A DNA stretch of 64,000 nt from Promethearchaeota archaeon (lineage in GTDB: Archaea; Asgardarchaeota; Lokiarchaeia; Sigyniarchaeales; SOKP01): positions 1-64,000 of the forward strand of contig SHMW01000015.1 in NCBI GenBank assembly GCA_008080735.1. Direction: 5' to 3'. The translations under genes and the position numbers were made by a program. The notes below the pieces were generated by a model. It did no database searches and was not told the origin of the DNA. It saw only the letters and a program-made list of their open reading frames with translations. Within the stretch, counting starts at the first letter, position 1. Each line of letters opens with the position of its first letter. Shown piece by piece: positions 1-11,030 of this stretch.

Positions 1-120
1 AAGTTTGAAATATTGAATAGTGATGAGTTTTTAAAGGACGATAGAACTCATATTAAGATTGAAATTCGTATGGAATCAAATGTTACCTCACTAATGTTTG
101 TGTTTGATTTGACTGACTGA
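1..120 (+). CDS. 3' end of a gene entering the window (partial, unknown function)
   Basis: Frame 1 is open from base 1 (KFEILNSDEFLKDDRTHIKIEIRMESNVTSLMFVFDLTD) to TGA at 118-120, followed by a T-rich tract. Confidence 0.5.
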   Translation, partial: KFEILNSDEFLKDDRTHIKIEIRMESNVTSLMFVFDLTD

Positions 121-589
121 TAAAACACATTTTTATTTATATTCTGATATGTTAGGCAAATGGGTATATATCAGTCAAGAGAGAAGATATTACATACAAT
201 GCATTGACTACATCAAAAAAATTATTCCAGAATTATAATATTCTTATTTTTTTTCGTTTTTTTTCTTGCTCTTTCATATTTTTCCAATATAAATTTTAGA
301 ATAATGATAATTTTGAAATGGTTTTAGTATGATATGACTTTATTTCACATTATTAGTTATTTGAAATTTAATTCTTATCTTATAAAACACTCCTTCACCT
401 TCATCTAAATAATGAATTTTATATCCTTTATCGAGATTTATATATGGCATTCCATTCACCACTCTTTAAATAATTTTTAAATTCAGTAAAATTCAGTTAT
501 ATTTCGTTTAGGGCCTATATAAATGTTCATTTGTTTTAGGAGATCATGGATCTATGGCAAATTTCATTAGGTAATTATTTTTATACATC

Positions 590-2257
590 TTGATGTCAAG
601 AAATCGAATAGAACGCGATCCAAGGAAAGCTTATGAGAGGGCATTATACCATGGATGTGGATACTCCTATGAAGATTTAAATAAGCCCCGAATTGCCATT
701 GTGAATTCTTGGAATGAAGTAAATCCCGGACATATCCATCTTCGACAACTCGCTAAAATAGTAAGACAAGGGATAGAAAAGTCCAGTGGCACACCCATGG
801 AATTTAATACCATCGGTGCTTGTGACGGTATCGCGAATTCTGGAAATTTCTCCAAATATATCCTTCCTTCGCGAGAAATAATTGCTAATTCTATTGAAGC
901 TATGGTAAAAGCATATGATTTTGATGGGATGGTGATGCTCTGCTCATGTGATAAAATTATTCCCGGCATGCTACTTGCAGCAGCTAGATGTAACATACCC
1001 ACAGTATTTCTTACAGGTGGAATAATGGATCCGAAAACCTTCAAAGAAGGACCGCTTAAAGGAAAAACATTTGTAACCAGCGATATTAAAGAAGCAATCG
1101 GTAAATGTAATGCCGGAAAATTATCGAAAGAAGAATTTTTTCTCATTGAATCCCAAACATGTGCTTCAGCGGGAGCTTGTAATATGATGGGGACCGCAAA
1201 TACAATGGCATGTATCGTGGAGGCTATGGGCCTTTCTCTTCCTAATTGTGCGACCGCCAGCTCCCATGGAATAGAAAGAGAGAATATCAGTATGGAAACG
1301 GGAAAAATTATCATGAAGCTAGTGAAGCAAAATCTTACAGCATTGGATTTCATCACCCATAACGCAATTGAAAATGCTATTAAGGTCTCCTTAGCCTTTG
1401 GAGGCTCAACAAATATGATTTTACATATGTGTGCTCTCTCCCATGAAATAGGGGGAGATTTAGACCATTTTGAATTTGATAGACTAAGTAGAACTGTCCC
1501 TCTTTTAGCAAAATTTAAACCCGCATCGGAGATTACCCTCACGGAATTTCACAATGTCGGAGGAGTAAAAGTATTGATGAAGATACTCAGTCCTTTACTC
1601 ACTTTGAATACAAAAATGGTTATTGGAAAATCTTTGAAAGATTATCTTGATGAGATAGAATATGAAGAAAATTTCATAATACGTGAACGTAATAATCCCA
1701 TAGAACCACAAGGGGGAATTGCGATATTAAGAGGGAATTTAGCACCGGAGGGAGCAGTCGTTAAACAGAGTGCGATTGATGAGAAGATGAGACATCATAA
1801 AGGGGCAGCAAAAGTATTTGAATCAGAAGAAGAAGTGAAAGAGGCGTTGATGAATAACCAAGTAAAGGAAGGAGATGTTCTGGTAATTAGGTACGAGGGT
1901 CCAAAAGGCTCTCCTGGGATGAGGGAATTATCGATCCCAGCTGCAATCTTAGTTGGAATGGGATTAGGAGATTCGGTTGCGATGGTCACTGATGGAAGAT
2001 ATTCGGGTGCAACACGGGGACCTTGTATTGGTCATGTTTGTCCCGAAGCAATCGAAGGCGGACCCATCGCAATTGTTAAAGACGGAGATATGATCGAAAT
2101 CAACGTTGATGAGCGTTTATTAAATATACTAATTCCTCAATCTGAAATTGATGAAAGGTTAGAAAATTGGAGTCCTCCAGAACCAAATATAACCACCGGA
2201 TACTTAAACATCTATCGTAAAATTGTAAGCTCTTCAAAATATGGGGCTCATTTATAG
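590..2257 (+). CDS. ilvD: Dihydroxy-acid dehydratase (IlvD/Edd family)
   Basis: 555 aa. Motifs NPGHIHL, CDGIA, SREIIA, CDKIIPG, GTANTM, GGSTN, RYEGPKG.PGM.E, TDGRYSG. Confidence 0.93.
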   Translation: MMSRNRIERDPRKAYERALYHGCGYSYEDLNKPRIAIVNSWNEVNPGHIHLRQLAKIVRQGIEKSSGTPMEFNTIGACDGIANSGNFSKYILPSREIIANSIEAMVKAYDFDGMVMLCSCDKIIPGMLLAAARCNIPTVFLTGGIMDPKTFKEGPLKGKTFVTSDIKEAIGKCNAGKLSKEEFFLIESQTCASAGACNMMGTANTMACIVEAMGLSLPNCATASSHGIERENISMETGKIIMKLVKQNLTALDFITHNAIENAIKVSLAFGGSTNMILHMCALSHEIGGDLDHFEFDRLSRTVPLLAKFKPASEITLTEFHNVGGVKVLMKILSPLLTLNTKMVIGKSLKDYLDEIEYEENFIIRERNNPIEPQGGIAILRGNLAPEGAVVKQSAIDEKMRHHKGAAKVFESEEEVKEALMNNQVKEGDVLVIRYEGPKGSPGMRELSIPAAILVGMGLGDSVAMVTDGRYSGATRGPCIGHVCPEAIEGGPIAIVKDGDMIEINVDERLLNILIPQSEIDERLENWSPPEPNITTGYLNIYRKIVSSSKYGAHL

Positions 2258-2272
2258 AAGAGGGAAAATTTA

Positions 2273-3445
2273 ATGCCAGATGAAAACTATATAAAAGAAA
2301 TTCTTGAAAAAGTTTCTTTTCCCCGGCTTTCAGGCACAATATCTGAACGGAAAGCGGCACAATGCATTAAAAAAGAAATAGAGCATCTCAATTTACTTCC
2401 AAAAATTCAATCTTTCCAATTTACTTCATTTTATCCTCGGATTTATAAAAAAATAGCGTTTTTATTACTCTTTTGGGTGATTCTGGTATTGTTTGTTAAT
2501 TATAATACTATGTTTACTATAATGAATATTTTTATTGTGTTATTGATATTCCTTCCATTAGTATTAATTACCAGAAAACCTGAGGATATTCGACTTGGGA
2601 AGAAATATTGGTCTGAAAATGTATATGTGACTCTGAATCCCGACAGGCAAGATGGGCTGAATCAAAATATGATTACCAAAAGACTTCAAGTATTATTTCT
2701 CTGTCATATAGATTCTAAATCTCAGAAGCTCTCCATCAAATTAAGAGTTATTAGTGTTAAGCTATGGATCTACTCGCTTTTTATAATAATAATTTCTCTG
2801 GTGCTTAAATATCTCTATTTCAGCGAGAATCTTATTTTTAATCTCATTCTATCAATTATTATCGGATTTCATTTTATTGCGACAATCCTACAACTTATTA
2901 ATAGTACGCATAACAAATCTCCTGGAGCCATAGATAATGCATCTGGAATTAGTTTGGTATTAGACTTATTATCTTATTTTAGTAAACCAGAACATAGCTT
3001 GAGCAAAATAGATCTCTGGTTTGTATTTACGGGAAGTGAGGAGACGGGGACTATGGGAGTGCGACACTTTTCTGAGAATATTAAAAATTACGATGAATCT
3101 AATGTGCGATATCTTAATCTCGATTCTATAGCGAAAGCGTTGGATATTTTCGGACCTTTGAAAAGCAAGGTAAAAATGGATAAGTTCTTATCAACTTTTT
3201 TTGAATTCTCAAAAGAGCTTGAGCCGAAATTCCATCTAAAGAGATATTTAGTTGCGGTGAATCGTAGTGATGGATATTATCTAAAGAGATTAGGTCTAAC
3301 TGGCATAGGCCTTGGGGATAAATCGTCCTATAAATATATTCACTCCCCTCAAGATACTCCTGATAAAGTTTCAGCCAAATTCTTGGCAGATGTTTCCAGA
3401 GTAATTGTAAAATTCTTAAAGGAGTTTGACAATAATCTAATGTAA
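2273..3445 (+). CDS. Membrane-embedded M28 family metallopeptidase
   Basis: HIDSK, GAIDNASG, GSEETG, NLD and YIHSPQDT zinc/catalytic motifs, with two inserted TM hairpins. Confidence 0.85.
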   Translation: MPDENYIKEILEKVSFPRLSGTISERKAAQCIKKEIEHLNLLPKIQSFQFTSFYPRIYKKIAFLLLFWVILVLFVNYNTMFTIMNIFIVLLIFLPLVLITRKPEDIRLGKKYWSENVYVTLNPDRQDGLNQNMITKRLQVLFLCHIDSKSQKLSIKLRVISVKLWIYSLFIIIISLVLKYLYFSENLIFNLILSIIIGFHFIATILQLINSTHNKSPGAIDNASGISLVLDLLSYFSKPEHSLSKIDLWFVFTGSEETGTMGVRHFSENIKNYDESNVRYLNLDSIAKALDIFGPLKSKVKMDKFLSTFFEFSKELEPKFHLKRYLVAVNRSDGYYLKRLGLTGIGLGDKSSYKYIHSPQDTPDKVSAKFLADVSRVIVKFLKEFDNNLM

Positions 3446-3493
3446 AGATGAGAAGAATTCGACTTAAATATAATAATTTGTCTTTGGTTATCG

Positions 3494-5035
3494 ATGAATA
3501 GAGAATTCAATGAAAAAGAATTAGGCCTAATAACTACACCAGAAAAAACTGCTCGTTATTTAATCTCTAAACTGGGAGATATCAATAAAAATGGCAAAGT
3601 CTTGGATCCATGTGTCGGACCGGGCGTATTTATTAAGATTCTCTTAGAAAACAATATAGATCCTTCGCAAATATATGCGTTTGATCTCAATGAGAAATAT
3701 AAGAAACCCCTTGAAGAATTAGCTATCCATTTTAAGATTAAGGACACTCTCCTCGATATCAGTGAAGATAATTTTAGTAGATTCGATTTTATCGTAGGAA
3801 ATCCCCCTTATCTAAACAAATCGAGCAAATACATTAAAAAAAACAAAAACAAATTAAAAAAATTATACGGAAGTATAAATGCCCATGAAACATATTCAAT
3901 GTTCATAGTGAATAGTGTGTGGAGATTAAAGGAAGGAGGGATTCTGAGCTTTATCACAAGTGATTCATTTCTGACTTTAAAAACACACAAAAAGCTAAGA
4001 AAATTTATATTAGAACATTGTATCGTAAAAGAATTATTATTAGCTCCATCTGATTTATTTCTCAATCAAGATGTAAATACGTCACCAGCCATCATCGTTT
4101 TAGAAAAAAAAAGTGGAAAATCTAACCAACCTAAGAGATTAAATAACGTCATGAGGGTAATTCCAAGAGTTAAAAACGAGAATCAATATCAAAATCCGCC
4201 CAAAGTAATTAGATTTAAGCAAAAAAAATACCATCTTTTACCTTTCAATGTGTTTTTTATTGATATAGAAGAGGAAATTATTGATCTATTTGACCAATCT
4301 CCACGTATGAGAAATTATATGCGTGGTTTTATCGGGATGCACACCCATAACAATCGTAAGTATATAGCAGCCATAGAGGGCACAGAATTGAGCCAAATTT
4401 TTCAAAATCGAAATGAAAAAATTAAGAATCCCGAAAAAAAATATAAAATCATTCCCAGAAAATCATTAAACTCAGATGAATGGAAACCTTATATGAAACG
4501 AGGAGGCTTGGACCAATATTATCGCCCAATTATGGAAGGGTTAGATTGGAGGGAAGAATCCAGAAAGATTTATGATATCCCGAGTAATGCTCCATTTGAA
4601 CAGGAAGGGATTGTTATAAGTGGTGTAAGTTCACGATTAGCCGCTCGATATATGCCTCCAGGATGCTACTGGGATTCTAATAAGGCAATGGGTTTCATCA
4701 TTAAAGATTCTCGCTTTTCCATTGAATATATTTTAGGTCTTCTCAACAGTTCATTATATAATTATCTCGCTAAAGGTATAATCAATAATACTGCGAGTAT
4801 TCAATTAACGGGACTTCATTCGCTTCCAATTATATTGCCCGAAAAAGATGTTAAAATTAAGGTTGAAAAATTGGTAAGAGAAATAATTTCCAGTAAGAAA
4901 AAAAACGTACATTATGACTATTCTCGAGAACAAAAAGAAATCGATAGATTGATTTTTGAATTCTATGCTAAAAAGTTTGATTTTCCCATTTCACTGAAAG
5001 AAAAGTTGGAGAGAAAATATACGATTTACGCGTAA
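3494..5035 (+). CDS. N6-adenine DNA methyltransferase (TaqI/Eco57I-like gamma class), apparently orphan
   Basis: Motif I VLDPCVGPG, motif IV IVGNPPY, LKEGGILSFITS, and a TaqI-C-like C-terminus (YILGLLNSSLYNY). Confidence 0.88.
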   Translation: MNREFNEKELGLITTPEKTARYLISKLGDINKNGKVLDPCVGPGVFIKILLENNIDPSQIYAFDLNEKYKKPLEELAIHFKIKDTLLDISEDNFSRFDFIVGNPPYLNKSSKYIKKNKNKLKKLYGSINAHETYSMFIVNSVWRLKEGGILSFITSDSFLTLKTHKKLRKFILEHCIVKELLLAPSDLFLNQDVNTSPAIIVLEKKSGKSNQPKRLNNVMRVIPRVKNENQYQNPPKVIRFKQKKYHLLPFNVFFIDIEEEIIDLFDQSPRMRNYMRGFIGMHTHNNRKYIAAIEGTELSQIFQNRNEKIKNPEKKYKIIPRKSLNSDEWKPYMKRGGLDQYYRPIMEGLDWREESRKIYDIPSNAPFEQEGIVISGVSSRLAARYMPPGCYWDSNKAMGFIIKDSRFSIEYILGLLNSSLYNYLAKGIINNTASIQLTGLHSLPIILPEKDVKIKVEKLVREIISSKKKNVHYDYSREQKEIDRLIFEFYAKKFDFPISLKEKLERKYTIYA

Positions 5036-5115
5036 AAAAATAAAAATGATAAAGTTTTTCAGTCTATCTAGCTTCCTATTTGATAAAAATTAAAATATAT
5101 AGATAGGTGTTTATC

Positions 5116-5310
5116 ATTCCTTTAGTGCAAATTAATATGTGGAAGGGAATTGAAGAGGAAAAAATTAAACAACTAATCGAGAGAATTCCGGAAGTATTCG
5201 TAGAAATGGATATCCCAAGAGAAGCTGTAGAAGTGATTGTTCATGAGATTCCCAAAACTCATTGGGGAATTGGCGGTGTTCAACATTCAGAAAAGTTTAA
5301 AGATCGTTAA
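5116..5310 (+). CDS. 4-oxalocrotonate tautomerase family protein (probable ATT start directly before catalytic Pro1)
   Basis: PLVQINMWKG...EAVEVIVHEIPKTHWGIGG is typical of the family. The GTG at 5107 used by the ORF track lies inside the SD-like AGGTG. ATT at 5116 precedes CCT (Pro). Confidence 0.8.
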   Translation: MPLVQINMWKGIEEEKIKQLIERIPEVFVEMDIPREAVEVIVHEIPKTHWGIGGVQHSEKFKDR

Positions 5311-5394
5311 GGTAAAGTAGAATGTATCCTAAGCTCATTAAGAAAGATTAGCAAATCCCTTAATTATATCTAAAAAAATAAAGAGAGAAAAATA

Positions 5395-7221
5395 TTATCC
5401 CAGTTTTTCTTCTTTTTTTTCTTGCTCGTATTGCTCCCTTCTCTCAGAAAGGTATTCGGGAATTGGCACATCCCACCATCCTACTGCTGGACTCCCTGTA
5501 TAGGGAAACTCACGCTGTACTTTAATTTCGATTAACGCAGGTTTGCCCGATTCCTTAGCTCTCTCTAAAGCGGGTTGGATTTCTTCTTTTTTAGAAATCT
5601 GCTCAGCGTAGCATCCATAAGCCTCTCCAATCTTAGCAAAGTCCGGGGAGTAGGTCTCTCCGTTTTCTTTACTGAATGCAGTTCCATAACCTCTCTCTTC
5701 TCCAAAAGCTGATTGTTGCAAATCTTTTATCGCTATCCAACCATGATTATTGATGACGATAAAATATAAATTTTTCAAGCCCAATTGCACTGCAACTGAA
5801 AGTTCTGATATTGTCATCATAAGATCCCCATCTCCAACCAGAGCAGCTACTTGTCTCTCAGGATCCCCATTATCTATAACACCTAATTTCGCTCCTATAG
5901 CTGCTGGCACACTATATCCCATGGTTGAAAATCCTCCCGCTGTTAGGCATGTTTTTGGTTCATAAAAAGGAAATTCTTGGAGCATCTGCGCTTGGACATT
6001 TCCAGAACTCGTCACGACAATAGCATCGCGATCTAGAAATTTCCTAACTTCTTGGAGAACGGTCGAAATCATTACTGGATCCTTATTGTCGTCTCGATGT
6101 TCTTCTAGAAATTCAAACCACTTTTTCTTTTCTTCTTGGATTTCCTTGAAGTACACGGTGTTTTCATAATCTTGGTTATAATTTTGATCTTTTAATTCTG
6201 TTATGATTTGGCTCAGAACAGACTTCGCATCACCAACAATACCAACTTCTGTAGGATAATTTTTTCCAATTTCATTGGGATCGATATCCACATGGATTAA
6301 TTTAGTAGGTGGAATGGAAAAGCTAACTCCTTGTTTATAGGAACTAGATGATTCATCGGCAAATCTGCATCCGACTGCTAATAAAACATCAGCTTCTGAA
6401 GTCATTTTGAGTCCGACGGAAGTCCCTTTAGATCCACTAGCCCAACAGAATAATGGATGATCATTGGGAAATGCATCTTTTCCCATCATAGTCGCAACCA
6501 CCGCTGCTCCAGTCATTTCTGCTAATACTTTAACCTCTTCGAAAGCCTCAGCTGTAATGACTCCACCACCCAAAAATATAACCGGTCGTTCAGCTGATTT
6601 TAGTAAATCCGATGCCTCTCTTATCAATTCGGGATCTCCAAGCACTCTTCCCAATGGTCGTCGCTCCTTCGGTTCGGGAATTTCAGTCTCAAAAGCCGCC
6701 GCTTGAACATCCATAGGCAAATCGATATGAACAGGTCCCGGTCTTCCAGTCAGCATCTGATTGAATGCACGTTGCATTATTGAGGGCAATTGCTCAACAG
6801 CGACAACTTGCCATGCACGTTTTACGATGGGTTCTAGAATACGAGGAAAATCTGAATCTCTACGCCTTTCTATTTCTTGAAGTACTCCTTTTCCACGCAT
6901 ATGCACGTGAGTATCTCCCGTGAGTACTAACACTGGCATACTATCAACATATGCATCAGCAAGTCCTATTGCCGTATTGATAGCACCCGGACCTATTGAT
7001 GTAAATACACATAATGGTTGCTTTGTTATCCGATAATATCCAACGGCGAGATGGACACCCGCCATTTCTTGTTTTGGTTGGATGAGTTTAATTTTATCCC
7101 GATTTTTGTAAAACGCATCCACTAAGGCTAAACATCCGTGTCCTGGAATCCCCACAACATAGGGGACTTTTTCTTTGATGAGATATTTGGTAATTATTTC
7201 GCTTCCAGTATATTTTGGCAT
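5395..7221 (-). CDS. ThDP-dependent enzyme, acetolactate-synthase superfamily, IolD-like
   Basis: GIPGHG, TSIGPGAIN, GDGDLMM...NN ThDP motif. VLQEIE and the C-terminal WWDVP...YE segment resemble IolD more than AHAS. Confidence 0.8.
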   Translation of the reverse strand: MPKYTGSEIITKYLIKEKVPYVVGIPGHGCLALVDAFYKNRDKIKLIQPKQEMAGVHLAVGYYRITKQPLCVFTSIGPGAINTAIGLADAYVDSMPVLVLTGDTHVHMRGKGVLQEIERRRDSDFPRILEPIVKRAWQVVAVEQLPSIMQRAFNQMLTGRPGPVHIDLPMDVQAAAFETEIPEPKERRPLGRVLGDPELIREASDLLKSAERPVIFLGGGVITAEAFEEVKVLAEMTGAAVVATMMGKDAFPNDHPLFCWASGSKGTSVGLKMTSEADVLLAVGCRFADESSSSYKQGVSFSIPPTKLIHVDIDPNEIGKNYPTEVGIVGDAKSVLSQIITELKDQNYNQDYENTVYFKEIQEEKKKWFEFLEEHRDDNKDPVMISTVLQEVRKFLDRDAIVVTSSGNVQAQMLQEFPFYEPKTCLTAGGFSTMGYSVPAAIGAKLGVIDNGDPERQVAALVGDGDLMMTISELSVAVQLGLKNLYFIVINNHGWIAIKDLQQSAFGEERGYGTAFSKENGETYSPDFAKIGEAYGCYAEQISKKEEIQPALERAKESGKPALIEIKVQREFPYTGSPAVGWWDVPIPEYLSERREQYEQEKKEEKLG

Positions 7222-7355
7222 TTTCTTAATCGTTTAACTTATAATTATGCAATATAGTGGCAGCGATCTAAAATAGTTTTTAGTAAATAAATATAGGAAT
7301 GCATTTTTGAGAGTCAATTATAAAATAAAAAAATTCTAAGAAGGGATAAAAAAAT

Positions 7356-8783
7356 TTACAATTTTAGTTCTTTTAGTTTTTGTTTTATTTTAGCGGTTTT
7401 TTCAGGGAATAAATCATATACTCTGAAGAATATAATCAATCCTATTAGTGTCAATATCATTGGTATCAAAGCAGTATGTAATCTAATACCAAATTTCGCT
7501 AATTCTGTTTGATTTGGTAAATTAGCATTAAATCCCGTAAGTTCATGAACTACAGCGAAAATTATACCTTGAGCAATTAAAGCAAATCTATTGAAAAAGG
7601 TGTATACACCCATAAACGCCCCCTCTAAGTGTCGTTTTGAATTCAGAGTTGCCTCGTCAATAGCATCTGCCATAACAGGATTTCTGCCAATTCGTAAGGC
7701 TCCACCTCCAATTCCCAATAAAACAGCAGCGATAACTAGCCAAAATAAGTCGTTAGCAAACATGAAAGGAAGTAAAAAAATAGTGTTTAAAAATACTCCA
7801 ATTATCAACATCCTACGATTATCGTTAATTTTTTCTGAGAAAAATAACCAAGGACCGAGAGAAATCAACGCCCCCAAAATAAATCCCGCTAAAATATAAA
7901 TCGATGTTTCCGCTTCTGCCTCCAGAACATATTTAGCCACATACTGAACCGACGCCGTTAAGCTAACCCCTATTATAGAATCAAGAAAAAAGATTAAAAT
8001 AACCACAAGAAAGTTTTTATGTCGGAGAACAATTCTGATTGAGTCCCAAAAGGAAATCTGTTCTTTTTGCTCCTCTTTTTCTTTCATGTACCTTTTTTTA
8101 AGATAATTTGATTCACGATGTCCAGGAATAAGGCTAAGAAAGAATATGAGGTTAAAAATGACAAAGATCCAGACCATATTAGTATAAGACGCTCTATTTT
8201 CATATTCAATCAATAATGGGGGAACAATAAAACCTATTGCCGTTCCAACTAAAGCTAATGCCATTCTAATACCCCCAGCTCGTCTTCTCTGTCTGTCCGT
8301 TTTAAATTTTTCTGGGTAAAGAGCATAATGATTTAGAGAACTTAAAGTAAAAAATAATTCATAAGAGCATGTCGTAATCAAAATCCAGGCAAAGTATATC
8401 CAGGCTCCTTGAACAGGGTCGAGAAAAGGAGGTGAAAAAATTGCTGCTAACGTCAAGATAGCCGGTACAGTCCCAATCATGACCATTGGAAATCTTTTTC
8501 CATATTTTTTCCAAAATCTATTCGGACGGTCAGTCAAATATCCAATTAACGGATCATTTGCAGAATTCCAAATAGCAAATATCACGTAGGCCAATGTTAC
8601 TATCCAAATATCTAATTTTACTTCTGTCTCCCAATAAAGAAAAAAGAAAGCCCCAAAGATTCCATTAAACACCTCATAGATAAAATCACCCATTCCAAAA
8701 GAAAACATAGTTGAAATCCGTTCAGTAGGAATATTTTCATTACGATCGTTGGCAATATCGATATTGTTATCCTTTTTATGCAA
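7356..8783 (-). CDS. MFS transporter, glycoside-pentoside-hexuronide (MelB-like) family
   Basis: About 12 TM segments; WNSANDPLIGYLTDR, GKRFP, MADAIDE...EG motifs. Confidence 0.88.
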   Translation of the reverse strand: MHKKDNNIDIANDRNENIPTERISTMFSFGMGDFIYEVFNGIFGAFFFLYWETEVKLDIWIVTLAYVIFAIWNSANDPLIGYLTDRPNRFWKKYGKRFPMVMIGTVPAILTLAAIFSPPFLDPVQGAWIYFAWILITTCSYELFFTLSSLNHYALYPEKFKTDRQRRRAGGIRMALALVGTAIGFIVPPLLIEYENRASYTNMVWIFVIFNLIFFLSLIPGHRESNYLKKRYMKEKEEQKEQISFWDSIRIVLRHKNFLVVILIFFLDSIIGVSLTASVQYVAKYVLEAEAETSIYILAGFILGALISLGPWLFFSEKINDNRRMLIIGVFLNTIFLLPFMFANDLFWLVIAAVLLGIGGGALRIGRNPVMADAIDEATLNSKRHLEGAFMGVYTFFNRFALIAQGIIFAVVHELTGFNANLPNQTELAKFGIRLHTALIPMILTLIGLIIFFRVYDLFPEKTAKIKQKLKELKL

Positions 8784-9110
8784 TTAATTCACCTTTTTGG
8801 TCAATCCTTTACATTTCCGTAAATATAATGCGTCCTATAAGTATATAGAAAGTGAATATAGATAAGACATCAATTTTAGAACATATAAATCTTTTTATGA
8901 GAGAAACAGAATTAAAAATAAATCAATTCTAAATGGAATGATTTATTTATTAAGGAAAATAAGCTAAGGGATTATAGTAATTACCTATATATTACCTATA
9001 ACGCTTGAATAGCTGGATAATTTTCAGGATACAGCGAGTATGAAATAATTTGAGAGAGATCCCGTGTGAAATTAGAATCTTTAAAGAAGATAAAAGTAAA
9101 GTAGAAATAG

Positions 9111-9887
9111 TTATATAATTGTTCTAAAGATTTCTTTTGCTTTTTGGTAGACTTTTTCGTCTTGCTCTAATTCCAACAGATTTTTACCCAAAAAGTTGTA
9201 TTCTGATATTGTTTTATCATCTGGAAGGAAACCCAATAACTTAATATTACTTTCGGATATTTCTTCAACTTCTTTCTCCAACGCTTCTTTAAGAGAGTCA
9301 GGAAAGCGATTACCAATAATCCAAATGTTTTCAAATTCCAGACTCACTTCTTTTGTTAATTCAATAATGCGTTTCATCGTATGGATTCCCATTTTTGAGG
9401 GATCTGTCACGATTATTAAGTCTGTCACGTTTCTTCCCGTCTTTCTTGAAAAATGCTCTAATCCCGCTGGTGAATCTAACAGAGTAATGTCATAGTTTTC
9501 GGAAAGTGTATCAATTACATTCTTAAGGACAGAATTAATGAAGCAATAACATCCACTTCCCTCTTGTCTTCCCATTTCGAGAATATCAAACTTATCCATC
9601 TCGATTAATGATCTAAATACATCTCCTTCAATTATTTGATTTTTTGGCATATCTAAGGGAAGTGATCTATTTTGAATTTTCTCCTTCAACTCGGTCATTT
9701 TTGAAGCTAAGGTCTGATTAAATGAGATTTCCTTCCCAATTACATCCCCCACATTGGCATCTGGGTCGGAATCGATTACTAAAATCTCACTGGAATCTTT
9801 TTCTATGAGATATTTAAGGAAGAGAGCTAATGAGGTCGTTTTTCCAACCCCGCCTTTGCCCGCGAACGCTACCACTCGTTTTTTCAT
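9111..9887 (-). CDS. cooC: CooC/AcsF-type CO dehydrogenase nickel-insertion ATPase
   Basis: GKGGVGKT, IDSDPDAN, MGRQEGSGCYC, DSPAGLEHFSR. Confidence 0.88.
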   Translation of the reverse strand: MKKRVVAFAGKGGVGKTTSLALFLKYLIEKDSSEILVIDSDPDANVGDVIGKEISFNQTLASKMTELKEKIQNRSLPLDMPKNQIIEGDVFRSLIEMDKFDILEMGRQEGSGCYCFINSVLKNVIDTLSENYDITLLDSPAGLEHFSRKTGRNVTDLIIVTDPSKMGIHTMKRIIELTKEVSLEFENIWIIGNRFPDSLKEALEKEVEEISESNIKLLGFLPDDKTISEYNFLGKNLLELEQDEKVYQKAKEIFRTII

Positions 9888-10053
9888 TATGTATTACCTC
9901 TTAATTAAATTTTATAAACTATTTGAGAAAATCATTACAGAGTTAAAAATTTGTTAGTGATAAAACAAAAATCGGCACCACAGAAAAATAAGAATCTATA
10001 ATCATTTCGAGTGAGAAATTAATAGAAAATAAGGAATAAAAGACAATCTTAGT

Positions 10054-10896
10054 TCATTGTTCTTGCTCTTGCTGTTGTTGTTGTTGTTTGTAGTATGGGA
10101 TGATATTGCTTGTAAAATCTTGGAGTGTATAAGGAAAATCATCTTCACTTGCGATTTTACCTAATTCCATTGAAATCCCACGTGCAAGAATCCAAAATGC
10201 TAATCCTAATGCCTTTTTTCCGCGATTATTTGCGGGGATTGCTAAATCAATCCCAGAAAGACTGTCATCGGTATCAAATAGTGAAACAACCGGAATTCTG
10301 GCAAGTTTCGCTTCATTTAAAATCACCTTATCTGCATGTGGATCTACGATTACGACGACGCTTGCATCTTTTATATAAGTATCTATGTTGGGATTGGTAA
10401 GTGATCCTGGAATAAATCTATCTGTGATAGATCGACATCCAAGGGCTTCACAGAATTTTCGGACTGGCTCTTTTCCATATCTTCGTACTGAAGAGACTAT
10501 TACTTTATCACTGCCCTCTTCAACATATTTACTGAGAAATTTTGCCGCAATTTTTAAGCGTTCCTCTGTTTGAGTAAGATCAATGACATATAAACCATAA
10601 TTAGTTTGTCGATAAATAAATCGTCTTGCGTCTCCTGTTAAAAGTTTCGTACCGATATGTATCCCTGCGGAAAGATAGAGATCCTTTTTCTCCTCATCCT
10701 TGTCAATAAATGTTTCCTCTTCCTCTTCCAAAAGGTCTATATCTTCTGTATCCAGTAAGTCAAGCTCCTCCTCTAAATCTAAATCCTCATCGAAGTCTTC
10801 TTCAAAATCTTCTTCAAAATCGACGAGTAAATCTTCATCTATCTCTATCTCATCGGAATCTTCCGTATTTTCTGAATTCTTTTTCTTTTTAGCCAA
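10054..10896 (-). CDS. rps2: 30S ribosomal protein uS2 with long acidic N-terminal extension
   Basis: YLSAGIHIGT, RFIPGSLTN, DPHAD, IDLAIPANNRG. Confidence 0.95.
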   Translation of the reverse strand: MAKKKKNSENTEDSDEIEIDEDLLVDFEEDFEEDFDEDLDLEEELDLLDTEDIDLLEEEEETFIDKDEEKKDLYLSAGIHIGTKLLTGDARRFIYRQTNYGLYVIDLTQTEERLKIAAKFLSKYVEEGSDKVIVSSVRRYGKEPVRKFCEALGCRSITDRFIPGSLTNPNIDTYIKDASVVVIVDPHADKVILNEAKLARIPVVSLFDTDDSLSGIDLAIPANNRGKKALGLAFWILARGISMELGKIASEDDFPYTLQDFTSNIIPYYKQQQQQQEQEQ

Positions 10897-11030
10897 GTTA
10901 ATACCACGTACTTTAAAGATAAATTGATTAAATAATTATTAAATAGATACTAAACAAAATGTACTATATATTATAATTTTTATTATAGAAATCATAATTA
11001 CAAATTAAATAAAGTTATTTTGTAAACAAA

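Noticed and set aside
667-1542. Long antisense ORF (291 aa) and the many other shadow ORFs inside identified genes (e.g. 10700..10927, 36430..36855, 60824..61309)
   Set aside because: They lie opposite well-supported genes and show antisense codon bias with no motifs.
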